Shown: one piece after another, positions 1 to 8,609 of the stretch
Layout of the letters: each line of letters opens with the position of its first letter
Position numbering within the stretch: the first letter of the stretch is position 1
Assembly (NCBI GenBank): GCA_030633885.1
Contig: DAOWBV010000003.1
Coordinates: 1 to 37,954, forward strand
Length of the DNA stretch: 37,954 nucleotides
Direction of reading: 5' to 3'
Source: Planctomycetota bacterium
GTDB lineage: Bacteria; Planctomycetota; MHYJ01; JACQXL01; CAKKQI01
Notes under the pieces: generated by a model
Seen by the model: only the letters and a program-made list of their open reading frames with translations
Told to the model about the DNA's origin: nothing
Database searches by the model: none
Made by a program: the position numbers and the translations under genes

Positions 1-258
1 ATGAATATCCTCTGATCCGTTCAGGTTAAGCTTGCCTTTTTTTATATTCGCTTTGATCTGGTTCAGACTCTTGACCAGCTTCTTAAGTTCCATACCCGTA
101 ATAACCCCGGCCTTTTGCAGTGCCCGCGCATAGGCCAGACTGCCGGTGATATCTTCCTCGGCTAACCGCTTGTCAAAACCGATCGAGGCATTGAAATCCT
201 CGACCAGCGGATACTCGACTTTTCTATTTAACCGATTTTGCCAGAGTTTCTGATACAT
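1..258 (-). CDS. argH: argininosuccinate lyase, N-terminal part (runs off the window start)
   Basis: My translation from ATG at 258: MYQKLWQNRLNRKVEYPLVEDFNASIGFDKRLAEEDITGSLAYARALQKAGVI...SEDIH. This has the ArgH N-terminal motifs (KLW..R, FNASI.FD.RL, EDIH). Overlaps the argG 3' end. Not in the ORF track. Confidence 0.95.
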   Translation of the reverse strand, partial: MYQKLWQNRLNRKVEYPLVEDFNASIGFDKRLAEEDITGSLAYARALQKAGVITGMELKKLVKSLNQIKANIKKGKLNLNGSEDIH

Positions 259-1483
259 TTTCTATTCCCTTGTTATTATTCTTTTGTCCGGCCCGGTATT
301 TGTCCATGTTAACCTCGGCAAAAGTCTGGGAATCCAGTCCCCAGAGTTTGATAAAACCTTCCGCGGATTTATGGTCAAAGGCATCGCCTTTATCGTAAGT
401 GGCCAGCGCCTTGTCATAAAGCGAGAACGGAGACTTTCTGCCGACCACCATGCAGGTGCCCTGATGCAATTTACACCGGACATTCCCGGTGACGGTCTTC
501 TGCGTGGTTTCCATGAAACTCTGAAGCGCCTTTTGCAGGGGCGAAAACCACAGCCCGTAATAAGTCAGCTCGGAAAACTTCTGCTCCATCATCTTCTTAA
601 AATGCAGAAGTTCCCGCGGCAGGGTCAGTCCTTCCAGCGCCTTATGCGCCGTGAGTAAAACCTGCGCCGCCGGCGCTTCATAGATTTCCCGGGATTTAAT
701 GCCCACTAACCGGTTCTCAATATGATCGATCCGGCCCACCCCGTGCGCGCCGGCCAGTTTGTTCAACCGCATAATGATATCCATAAAAGGATAGCCCTTA
801 TCATTTATCTTTAACGGTATCCCTTCTTCAAAATATACGTCAATGTACTCCGCTTCGGACGCGTACGGTTTGGCTGTCAGTTCATAAATATCTTCCGGCG
901 GTTCCACCCAGGCATCCTCCAGCACCCCGCACTCGATGCTCCGGCCCCAGAGGTTCGCGTCGATACTATAGGGTTTTTTATGCGTGATCTCGGTCGGGAT
1001 CCCGTTTTTCTTGGCGTATTCGATAGCCGTTTCCCGGGTAAAATCCCATTCCCGGGCCGGGGCGATGATTTTCAGGGACGGAGCCAGGGTACGCGTCGAA
1101 ACATCAAACCGGACTTGGTCGTTCCCTTTGCCCGTACAGCCGTGGGCGATCGCGTCCGCGTTTTCCTGTTGGGCGATATCCACCAGCAGTTTCGCGATGA
1201 GTGGCCGCGAAAGGGCCGTGGTCAGGGGATAGGCATCTTCGTAAACCGCGTTCGCCGTGACGGCCGGGATAATATAATCATTGACGAATTCTTTCCGCGC
1301 GTCGATCAGGATGGCTTTGGCCGCCCCGATCTGGCACGCTTTTTCCCGGGCGGCGACCAAATCCTCTCCCTGCCCCACATCGACCAGCAGCGCGATTATC
1401 TGGGCGTTATATTTGTCCGCCAGCCACTTTACCGCGACTGAAGTATCCAGCCCACCTGAATAAGCTAAAACTATCTTTTTCAT
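224..1483 (-). CDS. argG: argininosuccinate synthase
   Basis: AYSGGLDTS, HGCTGKGNDQVRF, ENRLVGIKSREIYEAP motifs. Confidence 0.98.
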   Translation of the reverse strand: MKKIVLAYSGGLDTSVAVKWLADKYNAQIIALLVDVGQGEDLVAAREKACQIGAAKAILIDARKEFVNDYIIPAVTANAVYEDAYPLTTALSRPLIAKLLVDIAQQENADAIAHGCTGKGNDQVRFDVSTRTLAPSLKIIAPAREWDFTRETAIEYAKKNGIPTEITHKKPYSIDANLWGRSIECGVLEDAWVEPPEDIYELTAKPYASEAEYIDVYFEEGIPLKINDKGYPFMDIIMRLNKLAGAHGVGRIDHIENRLVGIKSREIYEAPAAQVLLTAHKALEGLTLPRELLHFKKMMEQKFSELTYYGLWFSPLQKALQSFMETTQKTVTGNVRCKLHQGTCMVVGRKSPFSLYDKALATYDKGDAFDHKSAEGFIKLWGLDSQTFAEVNMDKYRAGQKNNNKGIENVSETLAKSVK

Positions 1484-1576
1484 ATTTAGTACCTTCCCTT
1501 TGTGTTCAACCCGTGAGACGTTATCCGCTAAGCAGATTTTACGTCTTTTACGGAGTAGTCCAGTATAATCCTCTTG

Positions 1577-1609
1577 CTTGCCCCGTGATTTCGCAGGAAT
1601 TTTACGGGG
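1577..1609 (+). repeat. CTTG-foot hairpin element overlapping the argR stop codon
   Basis: CTTG + CCCCGT...ACGGGG stem; argR ends ACC CCG TAA inside the right arm. Confidence 0.65.
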
Positions 1610-2084
1610 TTGTTCCCTTTAAAAACTTTATTATCTTCGGAATATTCACTTTATTTTTCATTATCACCAGGATCGTATCATCACCGGCGATCGTTCCTAA
1701 AATTTCCTTTACTTCGGTCTGCTTGATTCCGTTCATAGAAAGTTCATCGATCAAGCGAGCCATGCCGGACGCTTCCCCCGGCAGGGTTTTTATCAGGATC
1801 AGGTTGTCCGTGCGCGAAATATTGACTACATATTTAGAGAACCGATTTTGCAGATCCTGTTGGATAAGCGGTCCGGTTTGGACGGTGGAAATTTTATAAT
1901 AATACGGTCCGTGCGGCGCCGGGGCGTAAATCACGCCTAATTCTTTCATGTCGCGCGAAAGAGTCGCCTGGGTAACTCTATGGCCGGCCCGGGCCAGCAA
2001 TTTCTGCAGTTGATGCTGAGTAACCACGAACTCTTTCTCCAGTATTTTCGCGATCTGTCCCTGCCTCAACTTTTTCGTTTTCAT
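1602..2084 (-). CDS. argR: arginine repressor
   Basis: VTQATLSRDMKELG winged helix; IKTLPG and GTIAGDDTI arginine-binding domain. Confidence 0.97.
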   Translation of the reverse strand: MKTKKLRQGQIAKILEKEFVVTQHQLQKLLARAGHRVTQATLSRDMKELGVIYAPAPHGPYYYKISTVQTGPLIQQDLQNRFSKYVVNISRTDNLILIKTLPGEASGMARLIDELSMNGIKQTEVKEILGTIAGDDTILVIMKNKVNIPKIIKFLKGTTP

Positions 2085-2102
2085 GATTTCCGATAACCTC
2101 CA

Positions 2103-2141
2103 ATTGTATAGTTATACCATTATTATGCATAAATATACAAT
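2103..2141. promoter_or_regulatory. tandem ARG boxes (ArgR operator)
   Basis: ATTGTATAGTTATACCAT (2103-2120) and TATGCATAAATATACAAT (2124-2141): two 18-bp boxes 3 bp apart, resembling WNTGAATWWWWATTCANW, directly upstream of argR. Confidence 0.85.
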
Positions 2142-2159
2142 ATTAACGCAATTTGTCAA
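2132..2159 (-). promoter_or_regulatory. sigma70 promoter of argR-argG-argH
   Basis: TTGACA-16 nt-TATATT on the minus strand; the -10 lies inside the upstream ARG box. Confidence 0.65.
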
Positions 2160-2393
2160 GTAAAAAATTAAAATTATACGAAAATATTTTGGGCGGGGCA
2201 GGGGCGTTATTCTGCACGAGATCAAATTAGCCAGGGAGAGATTAACTAAACAACCTATCGTCAAGCTAACAAAAGCCCGGTTCATAAAAGGAGTGCGTTT
2301 ATCAGTCTAAAGCGGCCGGTAGAGCCCCAACCGTTTTTTTAATTTCTTCATAACTTAACGCAGGCAAAAACATTGAAATCATGATTCCGGTAT

Positions 2394-3425
2394 TTAAAAT
2401 TTGATCTTAGCTTTTCTGAAATTGAGTTCAATCACTGAAATGATTCTGGCCATTTCAGCGGTAGTCTTGACCGGATACTTACCCACCGCAGTTTCCGCAG
2501 ATAATAAAAGGTAATCAACACCCTGCATAACAGCCATCGCCACATCATTAACTTCAGCCCTGGTTGGATAAGGGTTAAGGATCATTGATTCAAGTATCTG
2601 GGTAGCGACAATATTAAGTTTGTCAGCCGACTTGCATTTTTCTATAATTCTCTTTTGAAGCAAAGGAACTAATGCTCTTTCGACGCTCACCCCCAAATCA
2701 CCCCTCGCCACCATTACCCCGTCGCTTACCCTTATTATCCCGTCGATATTTTGAAACCCTTCCTTATCTTCAATTTTCGCCACTAAAAAAATACTCTTTT
2801 TGCCGTAAGTGGCAGCAATTTTTTTCAACTCAATGATACTACCGGCGTTCCGGACAAAAGAATGCGCGAACCAATCAATGCCGGAATTAATACCAAATCG
2901 CAAGTCGATCATATCCTGACGGGTAACCCCGGGCAAGGGCAGCTTCTTATTAAAGACAGTCAATCCTTTTCGGGAAAAAACTTTACCGCCCATTATCACC
3001 CGGCACTTGATCCGTTTGCCGCTAACCCTTTCAACCCTAAGTTCTATTTTCCCATCATCTAAAAAAATACGATCGTGCCGGGAAACATATTTAGGCAACC
3101 CGGGATAGTCAACGCTAACCATACCGCTATCACCGGTGACCCCATCCGTCGTAAAAATAAATTTTCGGTTTTCAGGCAAGCTGACAAAATTTTTTCTGAA
3201 ATGACCTATTCTTATCTTGGGCCCTTGTAAATCGCCCAAGATAATAATCTTTTTCTTCATCCGGGTTGAGGCCGACCTGATTTTTTTTATTATTCTATGG
3301 ATATCATCCGGTTGGCTGTGTGAAAAATTTAAGCGGGCAATTGACATCCCGGCCAAAATTAATTTCTCCAATGTACGGCTATTGTCGGAGGCCGGGCCAA
3401 TCGTACAGATAATTTTGGTTTTCAT
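2394..3425 (-). CDS. pyk: pyruvate kinase, short form lacking the C-terminal regulatory domain
   Basis: KIICTIGPAS, RLNFSH, DLQGPKIR, VAKIE, GVMVARGDLG, ATQILESM, PTRAEVNDVA, LSAETAVGKYP; ends at 343 aa just after the A domain. Confidence 0.93.
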   Translation of the reverse strand: MKTKIICTIGPASDNSRTLEKLILAGMSIARLNFSHSQPDDIHRIIKKIRSASTRMKKKIIILGDLQGPKIRIGHFRKNFVSLPENRKFIFTTDGVTGDSGMVSVDYPGLPKYVSRHDRIFLDDGKIELRVERVSGKRIKCRVIMGGKVFSRKGLTVFNKKLPLPGVTRQDMIDLRFGINSGIDWFAHSFVRNAGSIIELKKIAATYGKKSIFLVAKIEDKEGFQNIDGIIRVSDGVMVARGDLGVSVERALVPLLQKRIIEKCKSADKLNIVATQILESMILNPYPTRAEVNDVAMAVMQGVDYLLLSAETAVGKYPVKTTAEMARIISVIELNFRKAKIKF

Positions 3426-4396
3426 CTGGATAAAGTCTTTGCGAAAGCGTGGAATTTTCTATCTATATACTTCTGGCCTCGGACGCTTTTCTCAAGAAGA
3501 ATATGCCTGACAGAATTATTCCTTAAAACAATCGCTTTATTTTTTAATCCCCGCCTTATTAATCCGATCGCATCTACCCCGAAAATACTACCCAGAATAC
3601 GAGAGCGGGCTGACGGTGCGCCACCACGCTGAATGTATCCCAAAACCGAAACTCTTACCGGGAAACCGGTTCTTTTTTCGATTTTATGGGCCACGTCCAT
3701 GCTATTACCGGCCCCTTCCGCAAAAACAATAATCTCAGAAGTTTTATTGCCGGCTTTATCCCTTATTAAATCCGCGCATATCCGGTTTACACTATATTTC
3801 ATCTCTGGACTAATAATAAATTCGGCGCCGCTGGCTAAACCTATTGATAATGCCAAAAAACCGTGTTTCCGACCCATTACTTCCACTAAAAAAATCCGAT
3901 CAAAACTTGTCGCGGTATCCCGTATTTTATCAATTGCCTCCACGGCCGTATTCACGGCCGTATCAAATCCAATTGTTTCATCCGTACCGTAAACATCATT
4001 GTCGATAGAAGCCGGGATCGCCATAACCGGAACCCCTTTTTTAGCGATCTTAAGCGCGCCGGTAAAAGAGCCATCGCCGCCGATAACAACGAGATAATCC
4101 AGCTTATTTCTTTTCAAAGAATCAACTGCTTTTTGTAAACCAGCTGAAGTCATAATTTTCTTGCACCTGTTACTTTTAAGCATTGTACCACCATGATGAA
4201 TAATACCGCTGACCGAACGTCTTTTAAGTTCTTTTATCTCACCGTTTATCAAACCTTCATAGCCCCGATAAACACCGAACATACTAAACCCATGATATAT
4301 TCCATTACGTACCAAGGCACGTATGCAGGCATTAAGACCCGGCGCATCACCACCGGGTGTAATTAACGCTATTCTTTTCTTTTTTCTCGGACTCAT
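3422..4396 (-). CDS. pfkA: ATP-dependent 6-phosphofructokinase
   Basis: GGDAPGLNA, IGGDGS, SIDND, TIGFDTAV, EVMGR, LGYIQRGG motifs; 4-bp overlap with pyk. Confidence 0.96.
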   Translation of the reverse strand: MSPRKKKRIALITPGGDAPGLNACIRALVRNGIYHGFSMFGVYRGYEGLINGEIKELKRRSVSGIIHHGGTMLKSNRCKKIMTSAGLQKAVDSLKRNKLDYLVVIGGDGSFTGALKIAKKGVPVMAIPASIDNDVYGTDETIGFDTAVNTAVEAIDKIRDTATSFDRIFLVEVMGRKHGFLALSIGLASGAEFIISPEMKYSVNRICADLIRDKAGNKTSEIIVFAEGAGNSMDVAHKIEKRTGFPVRVSVLGYIQRGGAPSARSRILGSIFGVDAIGLIRRGLKNKAIVLRNNSVRHILLEKSVRGQKYIDRKFHAFAKTLSR

Positions 4397-4501
4397 AATT
4401 TTAAGGCCATAGAGGGGGTAGACTTTTATTATTTAACAAACTTAATTGTAATTTGCCTTGAGGTCCCACAGCATCGGTTCCGAAGCGCTTTAGGAAGTGA
4501 T

Positions 4502-5344
4502 TTACAGCACGACCACTTTATATCGATCGGCATGACAATTTATGTTTACCGCGACCGGCAGGGCCGTGATGTGGGCCGGGCCCTGATTGATATGGACCGC
4601 CAGGGCAGTGACCCGGCCGCCCAGACCTTGAGGCCCGATGCCTAATTTGTTTATTTCTTCCAGCAGTTCTTCTTCGAGTTTGGCATAAAAGGGGTCCGGG
4701 TTCCGGGCGCCGAGTTTTCTCAGGTGCGCTTTTTTGGAAAGAAGGGCCGCGCCTTCGAACGTGCCCCCAATGCCCACCCCCACGACGATCGGCGGACAGG
4801 GGTTAGCGCCGGCTTTCTTCACGGTTTCGATCACGAATTTTTTTGCGCCTTCGATCCCTTCCGAGGGTTTAAGCATCTTTAAAGCACTCATGTTCTCGCT
4901 CCCGCCGCCTTTGGGCAGGATCTGGAGCTGAAATTTGTCGCCGGCGACCAAGTCCAGGTAGATCGTCGCCGGGGTATTATCGCCGGTATTTTTTCGTTTG
5001 ATCGGGTCGGCGACGATGGATTTCCTTAAATAACCTTCAGTGTAACCCTGACGGACGCCTTCATTGATTGCTTCGATCAAATCACCACCGGTGATATGGA
5101 CCTCCTGTCCCAGGGTGATGAAAATGACGGCCGTGCCGGTGTCCTGACAGGTGGGCTGCATATTTTTTTTGGCCAGCCGGTTATTTTCCAGAATCTGCTG
5201 CAGTATTTCTTTTCCCTGAGGTGACTCTTCGGTGGTCAGGGCTTTTTCCAGAGCGGCAGTAACGCCTTCCCCGATCACACAATTGGCCTCGATACACATT
5301 TTTTTTACGGCCGAAATGATAGTTTCCGTTTTTAGCTCTCTCAT
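4502..5344 (-). CDS. fumA: Fe-S class I fumarate hydratase / tartrate dehydratase, alpha subunit
   Basis: CQDTG, GYLRKSIV, KGGGSEN, NPCPP, GIGPQGLGG, NCHADR motifs; 280 aa. Confidence 0.93.
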   Translation of the reverse strand: MRELKTETIISAVKKMCIEANCVIGEGVTAALEKALTTEESPQGKEILQQILENNRLAKKNMQPTCQDTGTAVIFITLGQEVHITGGDLIEAINEGVRQGYTEGYLRKSIVADPIKRKNTGDNTPATIYLDLVAGDKFQLQILPKGGGSENMSALKMLKPSEGIEGAKKFVIETVKKAGANPCPPIVVGVGIGGTFEGAALLSKKAHLRKLGARNPDPFYAKLEEELLEEINKLGIGPQGLGGRVTALAVHINQGPAHITALPVAVNINCHADRYKVVVL

Positions 5345-5413
5345 AAATCAATCTCTTTCTGTGCCACGGAGATAAGGATTGTTATTTATCAAGCTGATCT
5401 CCGATATCCGTGG

Positions 5414-6667
5414 TTACTTTTTTTTGTCATTCTCTGCTTTATCAAGTTCAGCGGATAATTTTTCGGCGCATTGCGGACAGATGCCGTGGGTGAATTCCGC
5501 TTCGGAATGGTCATCAATATAAGATTCCACCTGTTTCCAGTAGCCATGGTCATCCTTTATTTTTTTGCAATAGGCGCAGATGGGCAGGAGTCCGCTTAAT
5601 GATTTGATTTTGGCCAGCGCGTTCTGTAACTCGCTGATCAGACGGTCTTTTTCTTTAATATTGGTTTGCAATCGGCTCTCGATCCGACCGAGATAGAAAT
5701 AAAAAAACGGGACCAGGGCCAAAGCGGAAAGCAAAAAGAGCAGTAGCATAGTCAAGGCGAAGTTTTCCAGGTCCGCGAATTGATCAGTAAAATCCTTGGC
5801 GACGAAAATGTCGCCGACCGTTTTCCCGGATGCGTCGTGCAAGTCAAGCAGGCCGCCGCTGAATATTCGGTTGTCAATCTTGATAAAGAATGCCTGATGA
5901 TGTTCATGCTTTTCATCGTTTAATAGCTTCAGGACTTCTTCAGGGGGAGCCGGAAAAGCGGAAGAAAAAATAACCGAATTCTTGAGTTTGTTCCAGTCGC
6001 CTTTCGTTCCTATCATTCGTTGGCCTTCCAGCCAGTTTTTTTCGTCAAGATGTTTTTTTGATATGGTCACGACCATTTTCAGGCCGAATATTTTTTCCAG
6101 TTCCGGGGCAATACGGTCGATGTCCTCACCTAATTCGATGAATCCGGCCAATCGCTTATCAATGAACCAGGGATGAACGACCCGCAAGGTAAATGTTCCG
6201 AATATTCCCAGCTCGATCCCGTGGCAGGGGATCTGGGTTTCCGCGGATCTTTTCAGGGTGAACCGGTCTATTTTGTCTCCGTGCCTGGTTGGGTTGTGCA
6301 TCCGGAGGAAATTGACACCGTCTAATTGGTGGAAATAGAAGTGGGTGATATTATATTTTTTATTGACCCAATCGTAGATCCGGTTGGACTCCTGCTGGAG
6401 AAGTTTCCGGTCTTTATTCAACCAGGCTGATTGTATTTTTTTGTCCGTTTTGATGATATCGATTAAGCCGTGGATCGTTTTCGCGTTCAGTTCGATATGG
6501 TTTTGCAGTATCTGGTTTACTTTAACTATTTCCTGCTTGGTCTCTCGGGTGATCTTATTGCTGACCAGTTTATTAGAGCTAAGCCACATAAAAACGGCTA
6601 GCAGCAAAAGCGCTAATATGACCGGGACGATAATGACCAGTCTGATCCGTTGTTTTTCTAAGCTCAT
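5414..6667 (-). CDS. membrane sensor: two TM helices around a Cache-like periplasmic domain, with a C-terminal Cys-rich (CxxC...HGICxxC) domain
   Basis: N-terminal TM; ITHFYFH...NFLRMHNP..HGD..R.TL...GIELG..GTFTLRVV.P...G.IELGE (dCache_3-like); second TM; coiled coil; LLPICAYCKKIKDD..YW..VE.YI..HS.A.FTHGICPQC. Confidence 0.8.
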   Translation of the reverse strand: MSLEKQRIRLVIIVPVILALLLLAVFMWLSSNKLVSNKITRETKQEIVKVNQILQNHIELNAKTIHGLIDIIKTDKKIQSAWLNKDRKLLQQESNRIYDWVNKKYNITHFYFHQLDGVNFLRMHNPTRHGDKIDRFTLKRSAETQIPCHGIELGIFGTFTLRVVHPWFIDKRLAGFIELGEDIDRIAPELEKIFGLKMVVTISKKHLDEKNWLEGQRMIGTKGDWNKLKNSVIFSSAFPAPPEEVLKLLNDEKHEHHQAFFIKIDNRIFSGGLLDLHDASGKTVGDIFVAKDFTDQFADLENFALTMLLLFLLSALALVPFFYFYLGRIESRLQTNIKEKDRLISELQNALAKIKSLSGLLPICAYCKKIKDDHGYWKQVESYIDDHSEAEFTHGICPQCAEKLSAELDKAENDKKK

Positions 6668-6686
6668 AGGTTATTTCTATTATCCG

Positions 6687-6860
6687 TTATTGGCTATTAA
6701 CTGCTTGACTTTTCTCCCCGTTATTCAATACTTTTACGGTGCGGGCTGTTTTTTTCCGGGTAACTTTCCGGTGCATTTCTTCCGGTGCTTTCATAACGGT
6801 GGCAAACTTAGAAGCTTCAGCCGCGCTGATCCATTAGAGTTGCGATCTTTCCGGTTGGAT
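6687..6860 (-). pseudogene. mvhD: decayed 3' fragment of an MvhD-family (hydrogenase delta / FlpD) gene
   Basis: My translation: IQPERSQL*WISAAEASKFATVMKAPEEMHRKVTRKKTARTVKVL..., compared with the MvhD C-terminal consensus PERL.LEWISA.EG..FA.VM; in-frame TAA at 6834-6836 where E is expected. Confidence 0.75.
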
Positions 6861-7042
6861 ATTTTTTTTAGCCGCCGGTTATTTCCCGGGATCTATTGCC
6901 GTATTTCTTTTCCCTGCGGTGATTCTTCAGTTTCCAGCGCTTTTTCCAATGCTTGAGTTACGCCTTCTCCGATAATACAATTGGCCTCGATGCACATTTT
7001 TTTTACGGTCGCAATAATTTGTTCGATTTTTATTTCTCTCAT
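6861..7042 (-). pseudogene. fumA: truncated, decayed second copy of the fumarate hydratase alpha 5' end
   Basis: MREIKIEQIIATVKKMCIEANCIIGEGVTQALEKALETEESPQGKEIRQ* aligns with the N-terminus of 4502-5344; CAG>TAG at 6893-6895, then a 1-bp deletion. Confidence 0.92.
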
Positions 7043-7105
7043 AATATTATTTAGGGCACTCCAATTCTCCGTCTGCCTGCCTATTCGTCAGTAATTCCCC
7101 ACTCG

Positions 7106-7135
7106 CCTGTCCGCCGAAGCTTTAGCGTAGGCGGA
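7106..7135 (+). repeat. CCTG-foot hairpin (GAAGCTTTAGCG core)
   Basis: CCTG TCCGCC GAAGCTTTAGCGTA GGCGGA; same core as 34465-34494; sits in the loop of another hairpin (CCCCACTCG|AAAGTGAGGG). Confidence 0.75.
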
Positions 7136-7177
7136 AAAGTGAGGGTTCCCGATCACCGGACATCGATAACATTTATA

Positions 7178-7717
7178 TTATAATATTTTAGTTCCGTATT
7201 CGTAGCCTTTTTCAAAGGCCTTGAGATTTATCGTTTCGGTCCCTTTCGGGACTGAGGTCTTGATCGCGTTGGTCATGGCTTTTTTGGAGACGACTTTGGT
7301 GACCGCGGTCATGAAACCGAGCATGACGATATTGGCGACCACTTTCTGGCCGATATTTTCGGCCAGGCTGGTGGCCGGTATCTTAGCGAACTTGACGTCC
7401 GTTCTGACCTTGCCGGTTTTAACCAGATCTTCATCGATCAGCATTACCCCGCCGCTTTTCAGGTTGTCTTTATATTTCGTGTAGGCTTCTTGTGACATGG
7501 AGATGAAGATGTCGGGTTCGATGATATCAGGATAAGTGACCGGCTGGCTGGAGATAACCAGCTGGGCGCTGCAGGCGCCGCCGCGTGATTCCGGTCCGTA
7601 ACTCTGGGTCAGGGTGGAGTGCTTGTCGTCGTAGATGCAGGCCGCCTTACCGGTGATGAAACCGGCCTTGATGATGCCCTGTCCGCCGAAACCGGTGAAC
7701 CTTATTTCTTTATGCAT
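7178..7717 (-). CDS. korC: 2-oxoacid:ferredoxin oxidoreductase gamma subunit
   Basis: GFGGQG, QSYGPESRGG, NIVMLG motifs; operon context. Confidence 0.93.
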   Translation of the reverse strand: MHKEIRFTGFGGQGIIKAGFITGKAACIYDDKHSTLTQSYGPESRGGACSAQLVISSQPVTYPDIIEPDIFISMSQEAYTKYKDNLKSGGVMLIDEDLVKTGKVRTDVKFAKIPATSLAENIGQKVVANIVMLGFMTAVTKVVSKKAMTNAIKTSVPKGTETINLKAFEKGYEYGTKIL

Positions 7718-8600
7718 GGTGTTCTATTTTTTTCCGTTCTTCTTTGGGGATATCTTCTTTTTTATTAGGCTGCGGCTTGGCTATGTGGTCGTAGAGGACC
7801 TCGGTGAAGGTCGGTCGCTGGATATCGACGAAGTTACCGACCACGATCTTACCGTCCATGCCTAGAGCGGCGTCTTTCAAGTCGACTTTGTGGTTAATGA
7901 TCGTATTTTTCTGGTAATCTTTGATCATCTTGAGCCCGTTGCCGAGTTTGTTCATTCGTCCATAAAGGGTCGGGCAGGGCGAGATGATCTCCACAAAGGT
8001 GAACCCTTTTTTGTTCAGGGCGTGGAGGATAGAATTTTCCAGCCGGCGCACGTCGAGCATGGTCCAGCGGGCGACATAAACCGCGCCGCTGCCGGCCGCT
8101 AAATAAGCCAGGTTGAACGGGAACTCGAAATTACCGAAGGGCGTGGTGGCGCTGCGCGCGGTGATCGGCGTGGTCGGCCCGCCCTGGCCGCCGGTCATGC
8201 CGTAGGTAAAATTATTGACGCAAATGACGGTCAGGTCCACGTTCCGCCGGGCGGCGTGGATGAAATGATTCCCGCCGATTGAGATCAGGTCGCCGTCGCC
8301 GCTGAAGACGATCACTTTCAGTTTCGGGTTGGCCAGTTTCAGGCCGGTGGCAAAGGGGATCGGTCGGCCGTGGGTAGTGTGGAACGAATCAAGCTTGACG
8401 TAGCCCGCCACCCGGCCGGTACAGCCGATGCCGGAGACGATGGAAGTTTTTTTCATATCGATCTTGGATTTGACCAACGCGTGCAGGAAAGTATTGAGAC
8501 AGGTCCCCAGCCCGCAACCGGAACACCAGATATGAGGTATTCGATCCTCTCGCAGATAAGCGTCCATGGGATGGTTTAAAGCAATTTGTTCTTCCGTCAT
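7710..8600 (-). CDS. korB: 2-oxoacid:ferredoxin oxidoreductase beta subunit (TPP-binding)
   Basis: WCSGCG, SGIGC, HTTHGR, GDGD...IGGNH, YGMTGGQ, SPCP motifs. Confidence 0.95.
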   Translation of the reverse strand: MTEEQIALNHPMDAYLREDRIPHIWCSGCGLGTCLNTFLHALVKSKIDMKKTSIVSGIGCTGRVAGYVKLDSFHTTHGRPIPFATGLKLANPKLKVIVFSGDGDLISIGGNHFIHAARRNVDLTVICVNNFTYGMTGGQGGPTTPITARSATTPFGNFEFPFNLAYLAAGSGAVYVARWTMLDVRRLENSILHALNKKGFTFVEIISPCPTLYGRMNKLGNGLKMIKDYQKNTIINHKVDLKDAALGMDGKIVVGNFVDIQRPTFTEVLYDHIAKPQPNKKEDIPKEERKKIEHHA

Positions 8601-8609
8601 TATTCCTCT

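Noticed and set aside
6834-6895. In-frame stops as recoding (pyrrolysine or selenocysteine)
   Set aside because: The stops are TAG and TAA at Gln and Glu positions, accompanied by a frameshift and truncation, which indicates decay
6384-6956. 190-aa plus-strand ORF, and other antisense ORFs such as 1513-1899, 19553-20101 and 34082-34822
   Set aside because: They shadow well-supported genes or pseudogenes on the opposite strand and show no recognisable motifs
5160-7042. fumA repeat pair as a DGR template/variable region
   Set aside because: Mismatches are not adenine-specific (TGC/TGT, ATT/ATC, CCG/CCT, GCG/GCC) and there is no reverse transcriptase gene in the window
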